Positions 41,296-50,026 of a stretch of DNA of 64,000 bases are shown here, one piece after another. Source of the stretch: Acetobacteraceae bacterium (lineage in GTDB: Bacteria > Pseudomonadota > Alphaproteobacteria > Acetobacterales > Acetobacteraceae); contig JBEKQQ010000027.1 of NCBI GenBank assembly GCA_049519555.1, forward strand, positions 10,533-74,532. Direction: 5' to 3'. The translations under genes were made by a program, and so were the position numbers. How positions within the stretch are numbered: position 1 is the first letter of the stretch; every line of letters starts with the position of its first letter. The notes under the pieces are model-generated. The model was not told where the DNA came from. It ran no database searches and was given only the letters and a program-made list of their open reading frames with translations.

Positions 41296-41630
41296 CTATC
41301 GCAACTCGCAGCGTTCTTGTGACCGGTGCTCCTCGATGACTTCCGGTTCCTGGTGATCGAGTAGCGATAGCTCGGGACGCGCCTTTGCATCAGACCGTAG
41401 CAACTTGTCCAACTTCGCATGGACGGCCTGGGTATCGCGATGTTCGGCACGCTGGATGATGAGTGTCATTCCTGTAACCAGGTTGCAAAGGTCGCTATCG
41501 CCTGCCAGTTCAGGCTGGACGGGCTCAGCACAAACCACGCGACAAAATAACAGAATATGATGACGAAGGCCGCAGGATTCGAGGCAAAGACGCCGAGCCT
41601 CGTTAACGCCCTTCTGACATAGTCGATCAC
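41296..41630 (-). pseudogene. Low-affinity iron permease family (PF04120-like) gene with a -1 frameshift
   Basis: Frame A (41630..41466) gives VIDYVRRALTRLGVFASNPAAFVIIFCYFVAWFVLSPSSLNWQAIATFATWLQE*. Frame B continues LVTGMTLIIQRAEHRDTQAVHAKLDKLLR. Adding one C at gcaacc|tgg (about 41480) would join them into the family's W-Q...T...IIQ..RD...H.KLD core. Confidence 0.55.
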
Positions 41631-41880
41631 GTCGATCGCTTCCCCATCAATTTACTCTCGAGATGCAACACCAGGCAAGCGATGCAGTTGCCCGCCTGCG
41701 CAATGGGATTTCGAATGGGTCGCGCCCCCGGATGAAAAATCGGCAATCAACGGCAAGCAAATTGTGGCTTGCGTGCAACACGGTAGGCGAAACATAAATT
41801 CGTGGGGATCGAAGTCGAGGCCGGGCAGTTCTGCGTTCTGAACGGCGGCGCTCCGCTGCATTTCAACATGGAGATCACAA

Positions 41881-42936
41881 ATGAAGCTGCGAAGTGCTCT
41901 GATGGCCGCGACCATCCTTGGCTTACCCATGGCGGCGGCTCACGCCCAGGCGATTGACGGCCCCTATATCGCCGGCGGCGCGGGCATCAATTTTCTGCAA
42001 AACCAGAATCCACACCTTAGCGTTCCCGGGCGCTCGATCTCCGGGAGTTCGCAAAGCGGCATCGGTCCTACGGTTGATCTGAGTGGCGGCTGGGGCTTTG
42101 GCAACGGGCTGCGTGCCGAGGTCGAGGGCGATTTTATTCGAAACTCGACAACGACCCCGAACGGCGGCGACCTTAAATCCGGCGTGATGGCAAACGTCCT
42201 TTATGATTTCGTGGGTCTCGTGCCTTATGTGCAGCCGTATGTCGGTATTGGCGCAGGCTATCAGTGGGCGACCGAGCAGAACCCGCACGGCGTGGGTCCA
42301 GGTTTCACTTACGGCGGGCGAAGCGGTACACGTGGCGCTTTCGCCTATCAGGCCATCCTGGGCATGGCCTACCCGATCGACTCGGTTCCGGGGCTGGCAT
42401 TAACCGCCGAATACCGCTTTATGGGTCTGGAGGGTAGTCGTTCTTATGGTGCCCTGGTTACCCCGACAGTTGGGCCTGCGGTTTATGGCGAAATAACCCC
42501 GAGGACAGACTACAATCACAGCATTCTGATCGGCCTGCGTTACACGTTTGGCGTCGCTCCGCCGCCGGCGCCGGAGGCGGCTCCGACACCTGTCGCGGAA
42601 GTGGGTGCGAAGACGTTCCTGGTGTTTTTCGACTGGGACAGAGCTGACCTGACAGCCCGCGGCGCCGGTATCGTGCACGACGCCGCCGCTTATTCTCAGG
42701 CCAACCGCTACACCCGGATCGACGTCAACGGGAATACCGACACATCAGGCACACCAGCGTACAATCAGGGCCTGTCGGAACGTCGTGCCCGCACGGTTGC
42801 CGGCGAACTTGTCCGGGATGGTGTGCCGCAGAGCGCAATCGATATGCATGCCTACGGCGACACCCATCTGCTGGTGCCGACCGGCCCGGGGGTGCGGGAG
42901 CCGCAAAATCGCCGGGTGGAAATCGTATATCATTGA
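41881..42936 (+). CDS. OmpA-family outer membrane protein (beta-barrel plus OmpA_C domain)
   Basis: Signal peptide MKLRSALMAATILGLPMAAAHA. C-terminal FLVFFDWDRADLT...NGNTDTSGTPAYNQGLSERRARTVAGELV...NRRVEIV peptidoglycan-binding motif. Confidence 0.9.
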   Translation: MKLRSALMAATILGLPMAAAHAQAIDGPYIAGGAGINFLQNQNPHLSVPGRSISGSSQSGIGPTVDLSGGWGFGNGLRAEVEGDFIRNSTTTPNGGDLKSGVMANVLYDFVGLVPYVQPYVGIGAGYQWATEQNPHGVGPGFTYGGRSGTRGAFAYQAILGMAYPIDSVPGLALTAEYRFMGLEGSRSYGALVTPTVGPAVYGEITPRTDYNHSILIGLRYTFGVAPPPAPEAAPTPVAEVGAKTFLVFFDWDRADLTARGAGIVHDAAAYSQANRYTRIDVNGNTDTSGTPAYNQGLSERRARTVAGELVRDGVPQSAIDMHAYGDTHLLVPTGPGVREPQNRRVEIVYH

Positions 42937-43037
42937 TGCTGCATGGGAAACAGTCGTTTAGCTGCTGTTGCGTTAGCTCCGCTTCATGGTCAAGGTCTGA
43001 TTACCATAGTCCGATGACCTGATTTGCCGAGGAACCA

Positions 43038-43812
43038 ATGGCCCTGGTCAAAACGTCGACGTTCGCCGCCGGAGCAACAAGGTCTTCGGCGGCGAAACGG
43101 GCCGTCCCGCCGGTCGCCGCTGACACTTCTCCGGCCCGTACCCGGCCTCGTCAGTCCGTCGCGACACGCCACGCCCAGGCCTCGCGGAGCGAGTTGGTGC
43201 GGCCACCGAGCAACTGGCGAGCGGTCTGACTGAGGCTTCTGCCGCGGCAGAAGAACTGCGCCGCGCGATGGAACAGATCGCCACCGGCGGCGATGAGGCA
43301 GCCGGTGCCTCGCAGGAACAACTGGCGGCGATCAAGAACATCACGGTTAACCTGGCGACCGCCCGCGATCATGCGGAAGTATGCCGTCGGCGTACCGAGG
43401 TGGTTCAGTCCTTGCTGATCGACACCTCGACGCAAATTACTGCGTCAGTGCGCGTCATCGAGCGCAACGCGGCGCGGCAGGAGGCGGACTGTCGCTGGAG
43501 GACATCCTCGAACTTGAACACGAGGCGTTGGCCGAAATCGGCAATATCATCCTGAACGCCTGTATTGCGACGGTGGCCAATTTATTGCAGCGCAGCCTGA
43601 CGATGTCGCTGCCGGAGATTGTCCGTGGCACCAGCGATGGCCGGTTCGACCTGAGTGTGTCGCTGGCCGAGGATGTCGTGCTGTTCGTGCACACCAATTT
43701 CAGCCTCAAAGGCCGTCAGGTCGTGGGCTATGTCGCCATGATCATGGATTTCGCGTCGTTGGGGTCGCTTAAGCAATTGGTCGCCGATGTCATTCGTCGT
43801 ATGGCGGGATAA
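43038..43812 (+). pseudogene. Chemotaxis-locus remnant: N-terminal fragment of a soluble MCP-like protein joined to the C-terminal half of a CheC/CheX-like protein, spread over three frames
   Basis: Frame 0 from ATG 43038 (MALVKTSTFAAG...RHAQAS). Frame 2 from about 43184 (ERVGAATEQLASGLTEASAAAEELRRAMEQIATGGDEAAGASQEQLAAIKNI..., MCP signalling-type heptads). Frame 1 from about 43485 (LSLEDILELEHEALAEIGNIILNACIATVANLLQRSL...YVAMIMDFASLGSLKQL, CheC/CheX-like) with no usable start codon. Confidence 0.5.
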
Positions 43813-43899
43813 TCGCCGCCGGCTGATCGGTCATGACCCGGTTGCCCGCCCGCCTCGTTCGAGTCAACGACCCGAACGAGGCAAGCGTGAGCGAGTGGC

Positions 43900-44772
43900 C
43901 TAACTCTTGGCCGCCACTTTGTCCTGCGTCTTGGTGTCGAAGTCGCTGGCATCATGCCGTTCGTGGAGCTGGCTCGCGGGATCGCCTTGCAGGCGGTTGA
44001 CCATGCGTCCACGTATCACGGCCGGCCGGGCCGCGATCTGGTCAGTCCAGCGCTGCACGTTCTTGTAGTCCTGCACCGACAGGAATTCGCCACCGCCATA
44101 AAGCAAGCCTTTTGCGAGCTGGCCATACCACGAAAAGATCGCGATATCGGCGATCGTGTAATCGGCACCGGCGATGTATTCGGACTCGGCAAGCCGACGG
44201 TCGAGCACGTCCATCTGGCGTTTGGTTTCCATGGCGAACCGGTCGATGGCGTATTCGATCTTGATCGGTGCGTAAGCGTAGAAGTGGCCGAAGCCGCCGC
44301 CCAGATATGGCGCGCTGCCCATTTGCCAGAACAGCCAGGACATGCACTCGGCGCGGTTCGCGGCGTCGGTCGGCAGAAGTTCACCGAACTTCTCGGCGAG
44401 GTAAAACAGGATCGCGGCGGTTTCGAACACCCGGATCGGCTTCGGTCCACTGCGGTCCAGCAATGCGGGGATCTTGGAGTTCGGGTTCACCGCAACGAAG
44501 CCGCTGCTGAATTGCTCGCCCTCGCCGATGCGGATCAGCCAGGCGTCGTATTCGGCGCCGGTGTGGCCGCGGGCCAGCAACTCCTCCAGCATGATGGTGA
44601 CCTTGATGCCGTTCGGCGTGCCCAGTGAATAGAGCTGCAAGGGATGGCGGCCGACGGGGAGTTCCTTCTCGTACTGAGCGCCTGCGGTCGGGCGGTTGAT
44701 GTTGGCGAACCGGCCGAGCGCGGGCTTGTTCACCCAGACTTTGGGGGGGACGTATTCGGTTGTGCTGCTCAT
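43900..44772 (-). CDS. yghU: Nu-class glutathione S-transferase / GSH-dependent disulfide-bond oxidoreductase (YghU-like)
   Basis: MSSTTEYVPPKVWVNKP...HPLQLYSLGTPNGIKVTIMLEELL...FVAVNPNSKIPAL. Only the 3' 873 nt of the 616-aa track ORF is credible. Confidence 0.85.
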   Translation of the reverse strand: MSSTTEYVPPKVWVNKPALGRFANINRPTAGAQYEKELPVGRHPLQLYSLGTPNGIKVTIMLEELLARGHTGAEYDAWLIRIGEGEQFSSGFVAVNPNSKIPALLDRSGPKPIRVFETAAILFYLAEKFGELLPTDAANRAECMSWLFWQMGSAPYLGGGFGHFYAYAPIKIEYAIDRFAMETKRQMDVLDRRLAESEYIAGADYTIADIAIFSWYGQLAKGLLYGGGEFLSVQDYKNVQRWTDQIAARPAVIRGRMVNRLQGDPASQLHERHDASDFDTKTQDKVAAKS

Positions 44773-44910
44773 GGTGGGGGCTCCCTTGGTTTGCGGCGCA
44801 ACCTGGCGGGCCGGCTCGGATCGCGCAAGCGGGCATGCTGGCTGGTAGGCGCGGCGCGATCGGGATAGGTGTTCCCGGGTTTGAATGTTGCGGCGGCAAC
44901 GGAGGCAACG

Positions 44911-45738
44911 ATGCGAGTGATCGACGTCCAGGTTCATGCCTATGAACGCAATCATCCCGCCCGCCCATGGGCTGGCGTGTTGCATGGGCCGCAGTCGGCC
45001 AACGGCGAAGAGATGACTGCCGCGATGGACGCGGTCGGCGTCGATGCGGCGATCATTGTGTCCACCTTCAATCTTTATCGTTACGACCCAAGCTACGCGA
45101 TGGGGGTCTACGCGCGCTGGCCGGACCGGTTTCGCGTGGTGAAGCCGATCGATGTGACGGACCCGGCAATCGACGAGGTTGTCGCCGAGTGGGCGGCGAC
45201 CAAGGGCGCAGTGGGGGTGCGGATCATGCTGCGCGATGAGCTGCCGAGCGATCCGGCGGATCCTCGGGTGAACCGGGCGTTTGCGGCGGCGGGCCGGCAT
45301 GGGCTGCCGGTGAATTTTCTGTGCTGGGGCAGGTTGGAGCACGGCACGGAACTGGTGAAGCGCAATCCGGATACGGTGATCGTCATCGATCATCTCGGGC
45401 TGTTGCAGCCTGCAGAACCGCCGCCGCCGGCGGAGCCCTGGGCTGATCTGCCGAAGCTGCTGGCGCTGGCGGTTTTTCCCAATGTGCGGGTGAAGATCAG
45501 CGGGGCCTGCACGTTGTCGCAGGCGGGTTACCCGTATAGGGACATCTGGGAACCGGTGCTGCGGATCATCGACGCGTTCGGGTTGGATCGGTGCATGTGG
45601 GGAACGGACTGGACGCGGACCAGTGGGATGTTGACATACGAACAGGGGGTGCGGCCGTTCTTGGAGACGACGCGGTTGTCGGAGGGGGATAAGGCGAAGT
45701 TGATGGGTGGGACGTTGGAGAAGGTTTATGGGTGGTAA
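44911..45738 (+). CDS. Amidohydrolase-2 family (PF04909, ACMSD/LigI-like) metal-dependent hydrolase
   Basis: ATG at 44911 behind GGAGG. MRVIDVQVHAYE (HxH), VIVIDHLG, WGTDWT. Confidence 0.8.
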   Translation: MRVIDVQVHAYERNHPARPWAGVLHGPQSANGEEMTAAMDAVGVDAAIIVSTFNLYRYDPSYAMGVYARWPDRFRVVKPIDVTDPAIDEVVAEWAATKGAVGVRIMLRDELPSDPADPRVNRAFAAAGRHGLPVNFLCWGRLEHGTELVKRNPDTVIVIDHLGLLQPAEPPPPAEPWADLPKLLALAVFPNVRVKISGACTLSQAGYPYRDIWEPVLRIIDAFGLDRCMWGTDWTRTSGMLTYEQGVRPFLETTRLSEGDKAKLMGGTLEKVYGW

Positions 45739-45891
45739 GGGGAAGGGCACGCCGCTCTACAAGTCTTATACTTGCTCGCAGGAATGGCTGGACTTCCTGA
45801 TCGATACAATCGCAGACGAGCCAACGTGGGAGAAACTGATTTCTATTGGGAAATGACCTGAGAATGAGGAGCGGTAGGCAAATCGCACACC

Positions 45892-46113
45892 TCACGCGGC
45901 AGCCAGCAAATCCTCAATCCTGGTCCTGAGCACCTTCGCCAGCTTGGCATAAGTCTCGACCTTCAATCCACGGCGGCCGGTTTCCGCCTGAGCCAACGAG
46001 GACTGCGCGATCCCCACCCGCGCCGCGAGGATCACCCGGAAGTCACCGATCTGCAAACGGTAGGCCGTCGATCCGAGCACGTCACCGTCCCCGAAACACC
46101 CGCCAGATCCCAT
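45892..46113 (-). CDS. Small XRE-family helix-turn-helix protein (start uncertain, possibly GTG near 46080)
   Basis: ILAARVGIAQSSLAQAETGRRGLKVETYAKLAKVLRTRIEDLL fits the XRE HTH pattern. The track start overlaps the thioesterase 3' end. Confidence 0.5.
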   Translation of the reverse strand: MGSGGCFGDGDVLGSTAYRLQIGDFRVILAARVGIAQSSLAQAETGRRGLKVETYAKLAKVLRTRIEDLLAAA

Positions 46114-46504
46114 CCACCGCCAAAACGTCCCGCTTCCCCACCGCGATCATGCCGCGGACGAACACCATCGTGCCGGTGACGCGGGTCACCTCACCGCGCA
46201 GTTCCAGGAAGGATCCGGGATCGACCGCGGCCAGGAAGTGGGTGTTCAACTGGATCGTGACGTTGGGCGCGCCATCTGCCGCTGCCTCGACATAACAGCC
46301 GAGTGTGTGATCGGCGAAGACGGCCAGGATGCCGCCGTGGACCACTCCTGCGGGATTGGCGTGCTCCGCCCGGGTCGGCAGGCCGTAATGCCACCCGTCT
46401 CCCGCGCGCCGCCGCCAGGGGACGCCAATGCCGGCCGGCAACGGGTTGGCGTCCATTGGTGTCCACCCGGCGGCGGTGGGGTCATACTCGGTCATGCGGC
46501 CCAC
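46082..46504 (-). CDS. PaaI-family hotdog thioesterase
   Basis: NPAGVVHGGILAVFADHTLG...TIQLNTHFLAAV...GEVTRVTGTMVFVRG. Confidence 0.8.
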   Translation of the reverse strand: MGRMTEYDPTAAGWTPMDANPLPAGIGVPWRRRAGDGWHYGLPTRAEHANPAGVVHGGILAVFADHTLGCYVEAAADGAPNVTIQLNTHFLAAVDPGSFLELRGEVTRVTGTMVFVRGMIAVGKRDVLAVDGIWRVFRGR

Positions 46505-46604
46505 GGCTGATCGCCGGCACGCTGCGTCGGAAGGGCTCGATGCGTCATGGCCGCAAAATGCGGCATGCAGCGCGGTGTCGCAACCGCGTGTGACGAAGCG
46601 CCGG

Positions 46605-46793
46605 TACTACCAGCCGGTGTGGCGGAGCATCGGCGTGTTTGGGCTGGACCGGCGCATGTGGCAGCCCGATTGGACGACGGCAATCGGGCTGCCACAGATT
46701 GAGCAGGGAGTGACGCCGGTTCGAGAGGCCACGCGGCTGTCACCGGGCGATAAGGCCGCATCGCTGGCGATATCGCGCATCGCCAGCGCATGA
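46605..46793 (+). pseudogene. C-terminal fragment of a second amidohydrolase-2 paralog
   Basis: YYQPVWRSIGVFGLDRRMWQPDWTTAIGLPQIEQGVTPVREATRLSPGDKAA aligns by eye to the end of 44911..45738 (YRDIWEPVLRIIDAFGLDRCMWGTDWTRTSGMLTYEQGVRPFLETTRLSEGDKAK). Nothing upstream in that frame matches the family. Confidence 0.55.
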
Positions 46794-47172
46794 TCGCGTG
46801 CGTCGATCGGGTCCCTGCACCCGGTACGGATCAGCGTCAACCGCGCCCGGCTTTGATCCAAATCAAAGACATGCGCCCACGAATGAGCGAAACCTCACCA
46901 CTTCAATCACGGCTGCCGAGATCCAGGATGCGGTAGTGCGCGAGCGGGGAGCCAATGATCGTGCGACCTCTGACCACAGCAGCGGCCGGGTGGGCCAACC
47001 ACGGCCTTGGCGATAGCACCCTGATGCCCGGGCCGCCCAGGTTTTATGCTCGCTGCCGGTCCGACAAACCAGGCCACGCTGCATCATTCGACGAGCCGCC
47101 GTGTCCCACCGCGGTCCCGGCCAGGCGACCGCCGAACAGTCCCACCTAACCTCGCGGAAGGACCCTCCAAAC

Positions 47173-48123
47173 ATGCCGCAAGCCTCGCAAGGAACCCGCT
47201 TTTCCGCAGATCCCCTGACCTTCATCGTCAGACATGAACTGTGGGACGGCAACGTTCAGGATCACGCCGACCAGGGCGTATCCATCGCCGTGGCATCCGA
47301 CGTCGACGGCCGCGAAACCGCGCTGCTCCGCTTCAACTGCTTCGACATCGAGAAAAGCTACATCTACGGCCCGGAAAATCCCGATCTGCGCATTGCGGCA
47401 CCGATGATGTTGGGTGGTGCGGAGCGCTTAAGCAGTGGCATGGGCCAGCTCTACCGCATGGACCCGGTCACCGACGGCAATCCCATCGGCTGGACCGTCC
47501 GGACGCTGGCAACACAGCTTCCGGCCATGCTCGACCGCGCCGGCTACCAGACGATCGCCGCGCGCACCAACCTCGCGGCAGTGCGCCGGGTCCTGCCTGA
47601 CGTCGAAGCCTGCGCCCGAGACCTGTTCGGCGCGCGGCGCAACACGGTCAAACACAACCGAGGCACCGACATCTTCGACGCCGGCAACATCCGGTTCGGG
47701 CTCGAGATGCGGAGGTTGCCGATGGGCGATGGCGGCCTCGCGATCCACGTACTGGGCGATGTCGGCGGCTCGACGCGCAAGTCCTACGTGGAGGAGACCG
47801 AGCTGTTGGCGTTCGATTGTTTTTGGGACGGTGCGCATTATCACTACGGACCGCGCAACAAAAACCACCGCATTTACTGGGACCGGACCCTGGTTCGCGA
47901 TCCGTTGGAATGGGTGTTCGCCCAGTTGGAAAACCGCAAACTGGGCGCGATGATCGAGCGCGCCGGGTATCCCGGGATCGCCGCCGACCTGGACGCGGAC
48001 AAGGTCGCGTCAGTGCTTCCGGCGATGAAACAACGGGCCTTCGAGATGTATGCAGAAGGCGAGCGCCTGACCGGCCACAAGGGCCTGCCGCTGGAGCCGA
48101 CGCCGAACCTCGCTGCCGATTAG
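47173..48123 (+). CDS. Hypothetical protein built from two homologous halves
   Basis: ATG at 47173 behind GGAAGGA. Half 1 GVSIAVASDVDGRETALLRFNCFDIEKSYIYGPENPDLRI...WTVRTLATQLPAMLDRAGYQTIAA aligns with half 2 GLAIHVLGDVGGS..ETELLAFDCFWDGAHYHYGPRNKNHRI...WVFAQLENRKLGAMIERAGYPGIAA. No family recognised. Confidence 0.6.
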   Translation: MPQASQGTRFSADPLTFIVRHELWDGNVQDHADQGVSIAVASDVDGRETALLRFNCFDIEKSYIYGPENPDLRIAAPMMLGGAERLSSGMGQLYRMDPVTDGNPIGWTVRTLATQLPAMLDRAGYQTIAARTNLAAVRRVLPDVEACARDLFGARRNTVKHNRGTDIFDAGNIRFGLEMRRLPMGDGGLAIHVLGDVGGSTRKSYVEETELLAFDCFWDGAHYHYGPRNKNHRIYWDRTLVRDPLEWVFAQLENRKLGAMIERAGYPGIAADLDADKVASVLPAMKQRAFEMYAEGERLTGHKGLPLEPTPNLAAD

Positions 48124-48351
48124 GCACCGCAAGGATCTTCGACGCGGCGGGCGGCCTCGGGTTTGCCGCCCCCCGCCAGTGGGCTGCGAGCATCCGGCAT
48201 TCAACGGTCGGGTCGGCGAGTGTGCGGCCATTCGCCCAACGGTGACCGAACCGCCGGGTTTGTTTGCCGCCGTCACGGAATCATCGCAGGATGTGCGGTA
48301 TTCGTCGCGTTCGCCGACGCTTACGGCCCGGCCGGTCTGGAGCCACACCCG

Positions 48352-49428
48352 ATGCCCTTCGACTCCCGCCGCATCCACGACGTCCCGGACGACCTGCTCG
48401 CCGCCATCGACTATTGCTACGAGCAAGGCTGGACCGACGGGCTTCCGGTCATCCCTCCGGTGGTCGACCGGGTCGACGCCACGCTCGCCTTCGAGGGCCG
48501 GCCGCCTGAGGCGGTGATCGCCACCCACCCCGCCACCGGCCTGCAACTGACCGTGCACGCCGCCGCGGTCAACGCCGTGATGGCGGGTTGCATGCCGGAG
48601 TATTTCCCGGTTCTGGTCGCCGCGTTCGAGGCCATGGACAAGCCGGACTTCAATTTCCACGGCTCGACCGCCAGCACCGGTGGATCGGCGCCGCTGCTGA
48701 TCGTCAGCGGCCCGGTTGCCGACGACATCGGCATGAACGCGGATGTGAACCTGTTCGGCCCGGGAAACCGGGCGAATGCAACGATTGGCCGCGCGGTGCG
48801 GTTGATCCTGCGGAACGTGTTCCAGATGATCCCGGGCATTTCCGACAAGTCGACGCAGGGCAATCCGGGGAAATACAGCTTCTGTATCGCCGAGCGCTCG
48901 CGTAGCAATCCGTGGCCGTTGTTGTGCGAAACGCAAGACTATCCGCCTGGCGTGTCCAGCGTCACGGTGTTCGCTGCCGGCGGATTCTGCAACGTCGAGA
49001 ACCATGGCGGCAATACGCCCGAACAAATTCTGCTTTCCGTTGCCGACGCCATGGCCAATTACGGCTGCATCACACTGGGCCAGAGCGTCGTCATCCTGTC
49101 GCCCGAGCATATGCGTATCGTTGCCGGCGCCGGATGGAGTCGCTCGGATGCACAGCGTTTTCTGTTTACGCACGCCAAACGGTCCATTGAAGGAATGCAA
49201 TCGGTCGGCAAGTACCGCGACAGCGAATACGACCACCAGCACGGTAGCAACGCGCACGCATTGGCCGAAGCTGGTTTTGTCCATCGCGGCATGACGCCGG
49301 ACGATATCCTGATCACCATGGGCGGCGGGGATGCCGGCGGCCACTCGTGCTTCATTCCGTCGTGGAGCCGGGGCCGCGGTTCAATTTTCCAGCACAAACC
49401 GATCGGGGTGTGCATCGACTGCGTATAG
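48352..49428 (+). CDS. Conserved-looking hypothetical protein (358 aa)
   Basis: ATG at 48352 (MPFDSRRIHDVPDDLLAAIDYCYEQGWTDGLPVIPP...). Well-ordered globular composition. Ends 9 nt before the selenoprotein candidate. No family recognised. Confidence 0.6.
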   Translation: MPFDSRRIHDVPDDLLAAIDYCYEQGWTDGLPVIPPVVDRVDATLAFEGRPPEAVIATHPATGLQLTVHAAAVNAVMAGCMPEYFPVLVAAFEAMDKPDFNFHGSTASTGGSAPLLIVSGPVADDIGMNADVNLFGPGNRANATIGRAVRLILRNVFQMIPGISDKSTQGNPGKYSFCIAERSRSNPWPLLCETQDYPPGVSSVTVFAAGGFCNVENHGGNTPEQILLSVADAMANYGCITLGQSVVILSPEHMRIVAGAGWSRSDAQRFLFTHAKRSIEGMQSVGKYRDSEYDHQHGSNAHALAEAGFVHRGMTPDDILITMGGGDAGGHSCFIPSWSRGRGSIFQHKPIGVCIDCV

Positions 49429-49437
49429 GAGGAACTC

Positions 49438-49959
49438 ATGCGATTATACGACCCGACGTCGTCGGGACCGGAACGGACCTTGTTCCGCGCGCCGCCGTTA
49501 CCTGCGCTGGAGGGCAGGACCATCGGCATCCTGGAAAACAACAAGCTGAACGCTGTGGAAATGCTGCATGAGGTCGCCGCTTTGTTCGAGGCGCGGCATG
49601 GTTGCGTTGTCCGGCCCGTGTATTCGAAGTCGAACGCGAGTGCTCCGGCGCCGGCTGAGGTGCTCGCGAAAGCGGCGGGCGACGTGGATTTTCTGATTAC
49701 CGGGCTTGGCGATTGAGGCTCTTGCTCGACGTGCAGTTTGCATGACGGCATCAGTTTCGAACAGCTTGGCAAAAGGGCGGTGGTGCTGTGCACCGAACCG
49801 TTCGAGGTAACGGCGCGGAATATTGCCCGGATCATGGGGTTGCCGACGTATCCATTCCTGATGGTGCGGCATCCGATCGGCAGTTGCACGTTGCCGGAAC
49901 TGCAGGAACGGGCAGAGGCGGCGTATCGGCAGGCGTTGCCGATTTTACTGGAAGGATGA
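49438..49959 (+). CDS. UGSC-motif selenoprotein candidate (in-frame TGA at 49714..49716 read as Sec)
   Basis: Track ORFs 49438..49716 and 49738..49959 share a frame and are separated only by the TGA. Read-through gives ...DFLITGLGD-U-GSCSTCSLHDGISFEQLGKRAVVLCTEPF... AGGAGGAAC RBS before 49438. A hairpin follows the TGA. Confidence 0.65.
49726..49748 (+). promoter_or_regulatory. SECIS-like hairpin downstream of the in-frame UGA
   Basis: tcgacgtgca-gtt-tgcatgacgg: 9 pairs (including G-U) around one A/A mismatch. The apical GUU lies about 20 nt after the UGA. Confidence 0.45.
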
Positions 49960-50026
49960 GCAGCGGGAGCGGATTGCCATTGAACCGGTGGGGCGACTAC
50001 TTCTAATGTGCCGATGGAGGCCAGCG

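Noticed and set aside
43900-45750. 616-aa minus-strand ORF
   Set aside because: Only the 3' 873 nt (YghU-like GST, ATG at 44772) has protein-like sequence. The 5' part is Arg/Pro/His-rich antisense of the well-supported amidohydrolase gene 44911..45738, a typical high-GC shadow ORF.
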